From Antechinus flavipes (taxonomy: Eukaryota), in contig NC_067400.1 of the NCBI RefSeq assembly GCF_016432865.1, forward strand, positions 556,140,001-556,204,000: a stretch of DNA of 64,000 bases. The letters run 5' to 3'. The notes under the pieces were generated by a model. The model was not told where the DNA came from, made no database searches, and worked only from the letters and a program-made list of their open reading frames with translations. Position numbers and translations under genes: made by a program. How positions within the stretch are numbered: position 1 is the first letter of the stretch; every line of letters begins with the position of its first letter. Of this stretch, positions 51,150 through 64,000 are shown in pieces.

Positions 51150-53400
51150 TATTTCTTACTGTTGCCATATTACTAACCCTCGTTCTTCTTTTTCTTCTTA
51201 TTTTTCCTCTTTTTCTTCTTCTTGATATTTTTTTTTATTTTACTTCTCCTGCAAACTCTAAAGTTTGTTTAGTTTAGTAGCCTGTTCATTCCTATAAATC
51301 TGCCAATGATTCTTGCAGAATCTTATCATTTCTCAGAGAATCCAGATTCCCGAGGGTTTTGAAGTTCAACAATTTTTTCATGTCTCACGAATTCCAATGA
51401 TTCCTGAGGGTTTGAAGTCCAATAATTTTTGATGTCCATTAGACAATTGCCATAACTGCCATGCTCTTTCAGTGGCAGGCACAGTTAGCAATAGAACCAC
51501 CCTCTGTTTCTTGGGTCTTCTCGTTCATTTCAAGGGTCTGCTCCATCTCTCTCTGATGGACAAGGTGAATACTGCTCATTGGAATCATTTGATTCCTTCT
51601 CCACCTGTAGAGATACAAGCAAACCCTCTCCCCCATGCAGTTAACTTATCTGGTCCCTTCCATTCACCACTTTCTAGATCTCCCCACATCACCTGGCAAT
51701 TATATTGAAGCTGCTTGCACTGGACACTGCTCTTCTGGTGGGTTATAAAACCTGTCTTCTGGAGCCAGTGCATCAAAAATCAAGAAGTTAATAGTATAAA
51801 GAGCTAAATTTAGAAATTCTATAGAGTTACCTGTGGCTCCCCTTTCTTTTATTTTTGGAGGAGTGTCTTAATGTCTCTTTCTCCTCTCTATTATCACCTG
51901 TCCTTGAGGATTAAAGGGTATGCCAGTGGTGTGTAAAATCTTATACTGTGCACAAAAGTGTGCAAAATGTTTAGAAGTACATGGAGGTCCATTATTATCT
52001 GTTTTTTTTTTTTTTTTTTTTTGCTTGTGGTACACCCATAATTGCAAAGGCTTGTATTTGGAATTCAGTGACCACTCAGACTGTCTCTATTGCTGCTGGT
52101 ATTGCAAAAGTTAATCCTGAAAGCTATCTACTACAACATGGATAAAAAATAGATGACCCAAAAGATTTATAATGGGTCATATCCATTTGCCAAATTTCAT
52201 TGGGTCTCAAACCACAATGGTTCTTCCCTGGAGGGAGCATAGGAGTGTGGAAAGGAAGGCAAGCTGTACAGCTTTTTACTATGCTCTTAGCTTCCTCTTT
52301 TGTTATCCCAAATTGTAAATGCAAAGCTTGAGCAGCCTGATGGTATTTAGAATGGGATTCCTGGCCTCCTGAAATAAAGGCATACTGGCTAACATAGTTA
52401 AAAGGCTACCTGCCTTTGAATTACCATCAAAAATAGGACCTCGGAAGTCCACTATCAGAGTGGACATGCAAGATATAAATCTTACCTGGATGCTTTCTCA
52501 CTTACTCTTGAAGCTCCTTAAAGGACTGATATATATTGGAAGCTACAAATTTTATTTGGGCTGTGGCAATTCTTTGTACCACACCTACTGAATAGGCCGA
52601 ATCAGATATTATTTCCTGGATAATATGTAAGAGCTAGAATGATTGCATACAATTCATTCTGCTGAGTGGACACCAAAGGAGTTCTTACTACTCTTTTTAT
52701 AGTTAAGTCAAAAGAATATACAGCACAAATATTATGTTTGGATGCATCTGTAAAGATAATTGGTCCTTTAAGAGGAACTTTAGAAACATTTTCTTCAAGA
52801 ATCCATCTCCAATTATGTAATAGTCTGGTTATCTTTAATGGAGATCCATGTGTAAAATTTGGAGCTGTGGCTAATAAAATTTGCCACAATGGGATGGTTT
52901 CATAGCACACATTAATTTGTGCATTAGTATAAAAGGTATATATCATGTCAGGTCTTATCCCAGATAATTGTACTGCTCACTTAATGGTCTTTAATAAAAT
53001 GCTTGCCACAAGCACTATGTAAGGAGTAAGGCTTTTTTTTGGTTGTGCTTGGTTGTTTGATTCAAGCACACCTTTTAAGAGTTTCAGCCCTTTACAATGC
53101 TTCTCTAAATACTGTATTTGATTATCACATTTTCTATTCAACTCTGGTCTTCTCATCAGAAGTACTTGAAAATACTCTTATTAAATTCCATCTTTTCTAA
53201 TGAAAGATTATACTCAGTTTGGCTCAGTAGGTGTTCTTGGTTATAATCCTAACTCCATTGCTCTATATCATATCCCAAGCCCTTCAATTCTTTAATATAG
53301 ATCTTTTATTATACTGACTGTGGCTCCACTATATTTGTATTGTTTCTTTTTGGATGTTTGCATTACTTTCTCACTGAACTAGGAGTTTAGAATTTATCGA
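51150..53400 (-). mobile_element. Betaretrovirus-like (class II ERV) pol remnant: RT connection, RNase H, integrase
   Basis: IIFTDASK..QQNELYAIILAL (RNase H, 52602-52946); FGITKEEAKSIVKSCTAC..GLRPNEIWQMDMTH (IN zinc domain/core, 52124-52324); [19 protein letters not shown]; WKGPDKLTAWGRGFAC (IN C-terminus, 51585-51776). Stops and frameshifts present. Confidence 0.88.
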
Positions 53401-53471
53401 TACAACTCTGAACTATCTAAATACACAATTATAAAACATTGTAAAAAATAGTCAGCCTAAACAATTAGGAA

Positions 53472-53508
<37 letters not shown>

Positions 53509-53689
53509 ATGTACAGATTACAACAATACAATAAAGCTCACAGTGTTATATAAGTAATGTACTTATTGAGAGTCTTATCAAGCACATTACCAAATATTCT
53601 AGAAAACTATAAAATAATAACAACATTCATCTGGAGTAATAAAAAATTATAAAAAAAAAAAAAGTAAATAATCAGGAAAGAAGAAAGTA

Positions 53690-54560
53690 AAGCTGGGAAA
53701 ATAACTGGGCAAAATCTTATTTTATCAACTTTTATCTGATAAAGGCCTAATTTCCTACATATAAAAAATGACTAATATTTATAAGAACTATAGTCATTCC
53801 TCATAGTTTATTTGTCAAGAAATATAAGCAAACAACTTCCAGAATGGAAAAAAAAAAAACACTAGCTACCAACAACCACTTGAAGAAGTCCTCCAAATCA
53901 GTAATAGAGAAATACAAATGAACAAAATTTTGAAATACTATCTTATACACCTCAGACATGATGAGAAAAGGAAAAATAACCCTTAAGAAAGATGGAGGGA
54001 AAGCACGTATACATAGATAGAGACATGAATTAATACATCTATTCTGGAAAATAATTTAGAATAATGTCCCACAAGTCATTTAACTTGACATATCATTTGA
54101 CTCAGAGATACAACACCTGACCCTATAGCCCAATGGACTCAAACAAAGAAGAAAAGGATCCACATGGACAAAAATATTTACATTAGCTTATTTCTGTTCT
54201 AGTAAAGAAGTGGAATTTAAAGATATACTCATGCATTTAAGAATGATATGATTTAATAGCAAACTATTGTGTTGTAAAAAATGACAAAAATAGCCTCAGA
54301 GAACTGTGTGAAGGTTTGTATAAACTAACAGAGAGTGGTGTGAACAGAATCAGAACAATTTAGATAACTATGTCATAGAGAAAAGTAACTTTGGTAGACA
54401 ACAATTTTGATAAATATAATGACAAGGCATAATTTCCATGAATTGAATATAAAATATACAAGTTGCCTCCTTAGGGAAAAGCCCAAAGCACAGAATAAGA
54501 TAAAATTTTAGACATAGAAAATCTGTAAACTTTTTTTGCTTGATTGTGTGTGTGTTGAAT
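53690..54560 (+). mobile_element. Older L1 3' fragment
   Basis: tctgataaaggcctaatttcc and attctggaaaataatttagaataatgtcccacaag are degenerate L1 ORF2 3' motifs. Confidence 0.6.
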
Positions 54561-55653
54561 TTTTTGGTTGCTTTTATTCAGTTTTGATAGACAGGCATAG
54601 AAAATTATTTCTTTACTGTTACTTAACCTCCTCCCACCCATGGATCTCTCCCTTATCTTCTCCCCCTACCCTTCCCTCCCTTTCTTGCTTTACAAATATC
54701 TTATCCTTACAGCATCCCTCTTAAATATTATTACTATTTTATGGATGAGGAAATTGTGACTGACAAGTCATATCACTTTTCCAGGGTCACATAAGCTAGT
54801 AAGTGGCTGAGACTAGATTTGAAGTCAGGTCTTTCTGAACCACTACACAGCTCAGCTGTTTTACATATAGAAGTGATATAATGATAATTATGAGTATATT
54901 CACATGGCCTTTTACAGAGCAGTTTCCTCATGCCACTCTTCAAAAGAAACATTGAAAATATGATTTTTCTTATATATGGGGAGAAGCTGAGGTTCTGAAT
55001 GTTTGTGGCTAAGCCAATATCACATAGATAACAAGAAGAAGAATGTTGGAAATGTTGACCAGTAGAAAAATTTTAAGCATTTTGAGAGCATGGGCTTCTC
55101 ATTATAGCTTCCATTAGGCAAATTACTAAATTTTTCTGGTCTTTAGTTTTCTAATATGTAAAATGAGGGAGTCTGGTTAAATTCAACAATTATTTATTGA
55201 GAGTTTCAGTACCTAATCTGGAAAAGGCACTATACTGGTACAAGGGAAAGACCAAATTCAAAACAAAACAAAAGTATTTTAATCTGTTTTTCTATTGGGC
55301 TGGTTCATAGATTAATAAATACAAGTGTAAAAAGGATACGTAGACCTCTAACACTGGGAGAGAGAATGTAGAAAGCCCATCTATTAAGAGCAACACTGGT
55401 CTAAGTCTTGAAACAAGAGAAGGATTTTCAAAGTCACAAAGAAGGAAAGAATATATTCCCAATTGATGATCTCTAATGTCTCTGATTTTTAAATCTTATA
55501 ACTATAAAATTGTTTCCATTTGGCAAACTGAATGTCAACAACAATAACTATAACAATAAAAATATGATGATGATAATATCTACTCTAGTTAATATACTAT
55601 TACAAGAACTAAATAAGATTTTAAAAGGTGAATTTTAATAATTTTATAAAATA

Positions 55654-55802
55654 GGGACAGGTAGGTGGTGCAGTGGATACAGAACCAGCCCTGAAGTCAG
55701 GACAACCTGAGGTCAAATCTATCTTCAGTCACTTAACACTTCCTAGCTATATGACCCTGAGCAAGTCACTTAATTCCAATTGACTCAGCAGAAAATAATA
55801 AT
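55654..55802 (+). mobile_element. WSINE1-like SINE with 17-bp TSD
   Basis: TSD aataattttataaaata at 55637-55653 and 55803-55819; A- and B-box-like head. Confidence 0.88.
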
Positions 55803-56769
55803 AATAATTTTATAAAATAAGTGAAATTCACAGTTATGATTTATTTGAGGGTGGAAGAATTTCTTGATTCAAGTAATTGGGTCCTGAAAGGTAGATTCTC
55901 CAGAGTTGGCTGTGTCTTGATTCCTTCTTTGCCTAGTTGTCCCTTGGTTCTAAAGAAACCACTCACTCTAGGGACCCTGATGCCTAAATCCTGAGGACTC
56001 TAATCTAAGAGCATCCCTTTGGTATCCATTCCACCTGTACCCCTGTTTCATCTTCTCTTATTGAAAGCCTATGGGAATCCAGAGTGCCTGGAAAAAAATT
56101 GTATAAATTCGTTTAGTTTCATGAGCCATAGACTATATCAGGGGCAGAACCAGAGTCTCCATCTTCTCTGACAGTAATTCTCCTCAGTACAACAGGGCCC
56201 AAGGACAGGTAAAGTCCCTGGCATAGTAACAAATGCATGCCATCCTAGGAATGTCCTGATTGAGTAAGCTGGGGATAGAAAAGGGAGTCTGGTCACTGGA
56301 TCAGGAAAGGACATAGGGGAGAATGAGTATCTATGGAATGAATATCATTCCATAGATACCACATCGTTTTAAGACAGTTGTTGAGGGAGACATGGGTATA
56401 CATGACTTTATCTGCCTTTTTGCTTTTCTTTCCTGTAACATTAGCAGCTTCTTTTGTTTTCAAGTGAATTATTGACTTCTGCTAAAATGAGGACAATTCT
56501 TATGAAATGATAATTAGGTATTCACTGTCCAATAAACAAAGTTGAAGCAACTAACACTAAAGTGAGGCCGGACTCAGGAAGATTTATTTTTCTTAAAGGT
56601 CCTAATGACTCACTAGAGTTGACACAGCAAGAGAATAAAAAAACCAAACTTAAAAGAAAGATTTTGATGCCCTTGAGGAGTTTATATTTGATTAGCCAAG
56701 AAAAGGCACATGTACATAAAAAGATAGAGTTAGTTAAGTATAATTTTAGTTAAGTATAACTTGCAATAA

Positions 56770-57535
56770 CTCATATTTTGCTTTTTTATGGAATATTTAT
56801 TTTATTTTTCAAAATACATGCAAAGATAGTTTTCAGCTTTTACTCTTATAAAATCTCTTGTTCCAAATTGTTTTCCCACCCTTCATACCTCCTCCCTCTC
56901 CTATATAGCAAGTAATCCAATATAACTTAAACATGTGCAATTCTTCTAGACATGTTTCTGTATTTATCATGCTACATAAGAAAAATCAGATCAAAAAGGG
57001 AAAAATGAGAAAAAAAAACAAGCAACAAAGTAAACAACATCAACAACAAAAAGTACCGTGTTCTGAGCCTAATTCAGTTTCCATAGTTGTCTTTCAGGAT
57101 GTAGATGGTGCTCTCCATCCCAACTCTTGGAATTGGTATGAATCACTTCATTGTTGAAAAGAGCCATGTCCATCACAGTTAATAACACCATAATCTTGTT
57201 ATTGCTGTGTACAATGTTCTCTGGGTTCTACTTACATCACTAAACAGCAGTTTACTTATGTAAAATTCTCTAGGTCTTTCTGAAATCAGCCTTCTGATTA
57301 TTTCCTATAGAAAAAATTAATATTCCATTACATTCATATACCATAATTTTTCAGCTATCCCCCAAGTGAGCGTCATCTGCTCAGTTTCCAGTTTTCTGTC
57401 ACTGCAAAAATGATTGCTACAAGAATTTTTGCCCATATAGGTTCTTTTTCCTTTATTATGATCTTTTTGGGAGCTAGTAGAAATGCTGTAGGACACCGTG
57501 CTGGTATGCACAGTTTTATAGCCTTTTGGCCATAG
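56770..57535 (-). mobile_element. L1 3' fragment (antisense)
   Basis: caaaatacatgcaaagatagttttcagc..gatgtagatggtgctctccatc..atgcacagttttatagccttttggccatag. Confidence 0.8.
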
Positions 57536-59829
57536 ACAATAACTCATGTTTTGAAAGAGCTTTAAAGTTTACAAAGATCTTTCTTCACAAAATCCTTAAG
57601 ATGAAGGAACATTAGGTATCTTTTACCATTTTACTGATAAGGAAACTGTGACCTTGAGAGATGAAATACTTAGTTATCAATGTAATAGAGATAAAGACTT
57701 AGTACTCTTGACTCTAACTCCAGGATTTTTACATCACAATTTTCTCCCAGAAAATGCTATATAATTCCTTTAGTCATTTCATTAATTCATACAAAATGTC
57801 TTCTCTTCTTTAGTCCTTCAGGATACACCAATGGACTTGAACTAATAAAGCTACATGTATCAGAGAATGTGTGTCAATTAGATCTAATAAAGGAACCAAA
57901 ACTTGAGTGGTTTGAATAAAAGTCATGGTATCTGAGCTCCCATGATTTATTTAGGTTAAAAGAATATTTAAAACTGTTTTATTGACATCAATATGACATT
58001 GACATTTTTACATCATTTATATTTTCTAAGGCATTTCTATATATTACCCATTTTATAGAACCTTCCCTTATAATTAAGAGTAAAAAGGAAAAAAAATCAT
58101 GAAAACTAATAAACATTAAAAACTCTGATATTATATCATGTGTACTATGTAAATATGTGTACTTTGTAAATAAGGGGAAGAAGTGGTTTCTCATATTTCT
58201 TCTTTTGCCTTATAACTTGGTTGAATTTTACAATTGATCTCTGTTTCCTCATTTGTAAAGAAAAACAAAACAAAACAGAATACCTAACTATAACTGTTTT
58301 CAGAGAGAGAGAAGAATGAGGTAGATTAGTGATGTCAAAGTCAAAATAGAATGGGGACCACAAATAAATATATAAGAATCCCTTCTGTCTTCACAGAAAA
58401 TTGAGTTGGTTTTCAGATGTAATATGATCTATATTTTAAATTGTTTTCTTTATTCCATTAAATATTTCCCAATAATATTTTAATTTGGTTCAGAAACATT
58501 TGCTAGTGTTGTCATTAGCTCATAAGTCCATGATTTGTCAATTCTGAAGTAGACAATAAATCTAAATTTTAGAAAAAAATATTGACAGAATTTGCTTTGA
58601 AGGAGCATTCAATTCAAATCAATAGTCATTTTGTAAATGTGTTTATTACAAGTGAGTCCTGTGTGGTCTGTAGCATAGAGCAGCTTCCAATGAATGACAT
58701 GTTCCCATTCCTGACTAGGGAGGACAAAGGTAAAGGAGAAAGTAAAATGGATGAATGTTTGTCCCTTCAGTTATTTCAAATAGAGTTGTTAAGTAAGAGT
58801 AAAGGAATCCTGTAAAATTACTACCAGGAACAAAGGTAAAAATCTTATTAGGTTATAAGCATTAACCTTGACTGACTAGCTAGAAACATCTTTCTGGATT
58901 ATTCATTAATTCTGAACCACAGATTGAAAATCATCAGCCTCTATTGCTTCTTTGACCCTGGAAAATCTGGGCCACAGAAAAATGGGCAAGTGAATGAACT
59001 TTCATTTTGGTGCTTTGTCATTTCCCTGTTCAATGTTACTCTCCTAATTCGTGAAAGACACCCCAATCCTTTTTCAAAAGGGACCAACTCTGTTTTGCAA
59101 CTAAGCATTGTGCTCAGCTGGATATTAACTGATCTCCTTTAAATATGGCTGACAATAAGGTTATATCCTGCCCTGAATCTCTCCTCTCCTCCCCACCAAC
59201 TTCTAAGAAATATTTTTTTTTAACTTATAAGTGAATCTGCTCTAGGAATTATAGAATCTGATTTAAAGGACTTGTAGAGTTTACTTAATTAATGCTGCAA
59301 TCAATGCAGGATTCCTTGGGAAATAATGAAATTTTCTGGAAGAAGTCACAGAACTCCACTTAAATATTGCCATTGATACATCATTCATTACCTCATAACA
59401 CAACTCTTTTTCTTTTAGGAGATGTGTAATCATAAATATGTCTTCCTAATATTTCCTTATTTAGTTGAAACCTCCAACATTGCAACATTCACCAATAGTC
59501 TTAGATATGCCTTCTGAAGTAATATTCATTTAAATTCCACTTTCATGTGATTGGAAAACATTGGAAAACTACTACTTAGCTATTTTTTCTCCTTAAGCCT
59601 TTTATTCTCCTAGATAAATATCTACATTTTAGAAAATCATAGAATCCTATTATCTCAGAGTTAAAGGGCATTCTAGCCATGTATTTTGACTTATATATGA
59701 CTTGTATACTTGTTTCAACATCCCTGATTACTTACTTCCTTCTGAGTCATACTGTTTCAATTTTTTAGAATTCAATTTGAAAAGAAATATTTACGTGTCC
59801 TTATATACATATATATATGTTATTTTATT

Positions 59830-60477
59830 TATATTATTTGTCTTTATATTCTTAGTCCAACTTATATCCAATGTGAATGTCAAGGGACAGATTCAGATGT
59901 GGATGGTTTCTTCAGACTGGCCTTAAGGATGTTTAATTATTAACTGGAAATTATTGCTCTGGACTACATCCAGAACACATTTTCTCAGCTTCATTTGATT
60001 TGATGCATTCCAGGCTATGCTATCTTTCAGACACTTGATGGAGCATTGATAACTTTCAATTGCATCCATATAGTGTTGAGTCCTCAGTGTTGTTGCTACA
60101 TATTGCATAATTGTCCTTCACCCTGTAGGCATAAAATGTTGGAGCAGTATTACCAAACCTTCAGTTATACCTCATCATTCTTAGCATCTATCTATCTCTC
60201 CTTTCTTGAATTGTGTCAGACTCCCATTGGACCATCCATTACCAAGCAAAAAATCTAGTTATTTCTACCTAGTACTATCCAGAGGTAAGAATTATTCTTC
60301 TCTGTAATGAAGTTAATAAGAATATTAAATTTGGGGGCAGCATTCCCCATCACCTGTTTATAATGCTTTATTGCCATATGTTTAGGATGGTCTGATCCAC
60401 AACCTACTAGCCTCTGAAGCAGTTTTCAAAATTCTAATTATTTTTTGTTGTATGAACATAATCTTGTAAGTAGCCAT
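59830..60477 (-). pseudogene. PGAM1: PGAM1 processed pseudogene, copy 3
   Basis: Minus strand from ATG 60477: MATYKIMFIQ versus MAAYKLVLIR; CLKDSIA versus SLKDTIA; KLRKCVL versus KEGKRVL; IIKHP*GQSEETI versus IVKHLEGLSEEAI; C-terminal deletion. Confidence 0.88.
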
Positions 60478-60734
60478 GGAGAAATGGGGAGCAGCACTTT
60501 CATCAGGCAAAATGTTGTGAATAGAAAAACTTGCAGGCACACATTGAAATTCAAGAAAATTTTCTGAAAGTTTTGACATATTAAAGATAATCTCATTGTC
60601 CCATGAATTTTAGCCCTAATTCTATTTACCTGGGCCTTTGATGATTTCAGAAGATACTTTTGTTAACCTGACATCTTCTTGATCTTTTTTAAAGGTTCAC
60701 AAATACCCATTATCTTACATGTTGACTGTTAAAC

Positions 60735-61679
60735 ATGTCATTCTCTAACAGGACCAATCTTCATCCTTCTACTTTCATTCTCATTGGAATTCCAGGACTA
60801 GAGAATGCACATATTTGGATCTCCATTCCCTTCTGTCTGGTGTACATGGTGGCTCTGCTGGGAAACTTTGCTTTATTATTCACCATTAAGACTGACACTA
60901 GTCTTCATGAGCCCATGTACCTCTTCCTTTGCATGCTGGCTGTGACAGACCTGGTCGTGTGTACTATTGCAATTCCCAAGCTTCTCAGCCTCTTCTGGTT
61001 CAAAGACAGAGAAATCCGATTTGAAGCTTGCCTGACACAAGTGTTTTTGATTCATTCCTGTTCCACAATGGAATCTGGTTTCTTTCTGGCTATGGCCTTT
61101 GACCGCTATGTGGCCATATGTAAACCCCTTAGACACTCAGCAATCTTGACCCACACAGTCATTGGAAGCTTGGGGTTGGCTATTGTTTTCCGTGGAGCTG
61201 TGCTAATCAGTCCTCATCCCTTTCTACTGAGATGGCTTCCCTACTGCAAGACTAATATCATCTCCCATACATACTGTGAGTTCATGGCATTGATCAAACT
61301 GGCCTGTGCTGAGACTAGAATACGTAGAGCTTATAGCCTAATTGTTGCATTCCTTACTGGAGGACTGGATTTCATATTAATCATCTGCTCCTACATTCTC
61401 ATTCTTCATGCTGTCTTCCAGCTCCCTTCTAAGGAAGCACGTCTGAAGACCCTGGGAACCTGTGGATCTCATGTCTGTGTCATATTAGTTTCTTACATTC
61501 CAGCCTTCTTCTCATTCCTCACACATAGATTTGGACACCATGTTCCTCCTCATGTCCACATTTTTGTAGCTAATATCTACTTATTGGTCCCTCCTATGGT
61601 CAATCCTATCATCTATGGAGTAAGAACAAAGAGAATCCGGGAGAGAATCCTCAAAGTCTTTAGTCCTCTGAAGGCTTGA
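60735..61679 (+). CDS. Class I olfactory receptor, OR52 family, intact 314 aa
   Basis: Same motif set as 15890-16834; MAFDRYVAICKPLRH, SHTYCEFM and NPIIYGVRTK. Confidence 0.95.
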   Translation: MSFSNRTNLHPSTFILIGIPGLENAHIWISIPFCLVYMVALLGNFALLFTIKTDTSLHEPMYLFLCMLAVTDLVVCTIAIPKLLSLFWFKDREIRFEACLTQVFLIHSCSTMESGFFLAMAFDRYVAICKPLRHSAILTHTVIGSLGLAIVFRGAVLISPHPFLLRWLPYCKTNIISHTYCEFMALIKLACAETRIRRAYSLIVAFLTGGLDFILIICSYILILHAVFQLPSKEARLKTLGTCGSHVCVILVSYIPAFFSFLTHRFGHHVPPHVHIFVANIYLLVPPMVNPIIYGVRTKRIRERILKVFSPLKA

Positions 61680-63454
61680 AGAGCCAAGATTTTTACTAAG
61701 ACATCAACTAGGTACCTAATAATAAACCAGAGTAACATGTGTTAGAGGGATTTTGGAAGTATGGATTAGGGAGGTGAGAATATAACATTGATATCTCCAG
61801 GAAAATATATCCTAATAATCCTAATGATGGGGAATATAATGGTTTGCAAAAATGAAAATATATGTATTATTAGTGAAAACTTAATTTAATTTTTCCTGAA
61901 ACCCAAGAGTGGATAAACCTTGTTATGTACCCTGTTTCTGTTGCCAGGGAGTATATGTCCTCAAGTTTATAGCATTCTTGGTTATGACTGAAGAATCACT
62001 GAAGGGACATCAATTGAAGAACACAATAGTCCAAATGTGAACAAACTGTGAGTGAAACTGATAGTTCAATTTAAAAAACTATTTTTGGATTTTACAGGTA
62101 AACTACTAGGATCCTAAGCTCTTGTCAACAACTTTCTAGTCTTAGTTACATTGTAACATAAAATGTAAAATTATATTATTTTTCCCATGTTGCTAGATGG
62201 ACAATTGAACAATGGAGGATATGTTTGGGGGATGGAGAGTAAGTAGGAAATTATAGAAAGAAAGAATTTGAGTCAATTGAGAATTTGAGAAATATTTACT
62301 TATGCAAGAAACAAACATTTAACAGCCTCTCCCCACCTCCATCTCAGTTTGGGGGACTTGATAAGGAGGTAAAAGTAATGATGAAGTTGTAAATAATAAT
62401 GATATTAATCATTTTGATGATAATGATAAAATAATTTATGTGCATAAGATCGCATATTCTAGGATTATACTAGCATTATATATTTAGAATTGGGAAAGAC
62501 TCTTAAACTCATTTGTAAGCTCAAATTCTCTTTGTTTATGGTATGGAGATATGGAACTGAAACCCAGACTTAGCCAAAATCATACATCTGGTGTCTGATG
62601 TAGGACTTAATTTCAAGGTTTCCAAATTCCAAGTCTATATACTATCCCATGTTCCCTTTCAATTCAGTGTCCCAGAAGTGGGATGTTGACGACAGTGTTA
62701 CTATTGTTGGTGATTTTAAGATGGCAATCATAATAATTATGATGACAATGGATATAAGAATGGTGTATAAATTGATACCCCAACAGAACTAAGCATTGCT
62801 ATGTTCTAATGAAACAATGTTTACATTAATGAGTTTTTTCTCTACAATAGCATATGTATTGGATAACTAGACTATTCAAGGCCATACTGCCAAACTCTTG
62901 TTTATATATTATCCAAAATTAGTAAAAGGTTTCAAACAAAGCTTTTCCAGAGTTCTTTTGAAATTTTGGAGATATTTTTGGAATATATGTGTATCCGTTG
63001 TTATTTCTCACTCTAATCATATGACCAACATATCTTTTTTTCTTATACATTTCTTACATATTCTTCACTTTGCTTCTCCTACAGACATCAAAGTTGTTTA
63101 AATTTGGTAACCCTCATTCCTATAATGCTTCCACATGACTTTCAATTGCTCTTTTAGTGAGGTAGAATTTTATTTCTTCAGAATTTTAGTGCTCCTTGAC
63201 TCATTGTAATACATCACTGGAAGGAAATTGATATCAAAAAGAGAAGTTTTTACTTAATTTCTTTTCTTAAAAATTGCTGTCATTAACAACAACAACAACA
63301 ATAACATCCTTTTCAATTTCTGAAACTCAGTGCAATCCACTCTCTTCCTGGTTAATTTTATAATATTTCCTACCACATGTGATTTTTAGTATATAAATAT
63401 ATACAAATATGTGCACAGATATGGAATATACACAAATGAATATATGCGCATATA

Positions 63455-63457
63455 TTC

Positions 63458-63490
<33 letters not shown>
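63455..63490. repeat. (TA)n(TG)n microsatellite
   Basis: Directly visible dinucleotide run; similar simple repeats at about 37790-37830, 53477-53502 and (AG)n at about 63837-63860. Confidence 0.9.
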
Positions 63491-64000
63491 GATGTGTGTA
63501 TTAATCTTAAGTACCTAAAAGTAGTCCATATCACTGTATTATAGTCCAAATAATATTTCTTCATTGTGAACTGGTTTTTCTGCATCAATAATTAGGACAA
63601 AATCTGTGTAATTAGGACTCTCTTTAAGGACTAATTATAATAATCCATCTCATTTTTGTAATCAGAAAAATGTCATACATCAGAGGAGTATGTGAAAAAA
63701 CTCTCCATGTCTTCACCTTGGATTTTAGCAAAAAATTTTATACTAAAAACAATTTTTAAAATGTGTTCAAATAAATATATTGAATTTGGATTTGTGTCCT
63801 AGGAAATATTGGTAAATAAAAATAAGCAATTCAGAAGAAGAGAGAGAGAGAGAGAGAGAGAAGCAGATTCATTTATTATCTGCTTACATGTGCCAAGTAT
63901 GGTGCTAAATACTGGGAAAAAAAATACAAGCAATATATATGACAGTCCTTCCTGTCAAGTAACAGAGATTCTAAGGAAGGAAAATAACATTTAAAACAAA

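Larger units (their letters stand above)
55870..63600 (+). repeat. OR52 duplication cassette copy 3
   Basis: TAATTG at 55874-55879, O/E-like AGCCTATGGGAA at 56066-56077, donor CAG|GTAAAG at 56209, PGAM1 retrocopy, intact OR52 and 3' flank homologous to 16834-20100. Confidence 0.8.

Noticed and set aside
50034-55802. tRNA genes at the A/B-box-containing sequences near 50034 and 55654
   Set aside because: They continue into SINE body and A-rich tail with a TSD; no cloverleaf.
15890-61679. Assigning specific human OR gene symbols to the five receptors
   Set aside because: Family level (OR51/OR52) is clear from motifs, but one-to-one orthology needs a phylogeny I cannot run.

Overview
AT-rich, CpG-poor mammalian genomic DNA with three assembly gaps. 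The repeat content (WSINE1-type SINEs, an RTE-1 LINE, marsupial-type L1 3' ends, MIR/L2) points to a marsupial, probably a dasyurid; the species is inferred, not verified. The window is part of a class I olfactory receptor cluster: two intact OR52-family genes (15890-16834 +, 60735-61679 +), one OR52 pseudogene (48669-49622 +) and two intact OR51-family genes (26393-27352 -, 35373-36317 -). The three OR52 loci are copies of one duplicated cassette: a conserved promoter-like block, then a decayed antisense PGAM1 retrocopy, then the OR coding exon. The PGAM1 copies are not evident as such in the ORF track and appear only on codon-level alignment. The window also holds an intronless, ORF-intact ARF1 retrocopy whose protein is unusually diverged (about 33 of 181 residues versus human ARF1 as recalled), a TCP1 processed-pseudogene fragment, a betaretrovirus-like pol remnant, and a ~38-bp minisatellite that begins at a perfect 24-bp hairpin. 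The best candidates for novelty are the ARF1 retrogene, the PGAM1-OR52 cassette and patchwork gene conversion between the two intact OR52 genes. All reference-protein comparisons are by eye against recalled sequences; no searches were run, and repeat boundaries are approximate.
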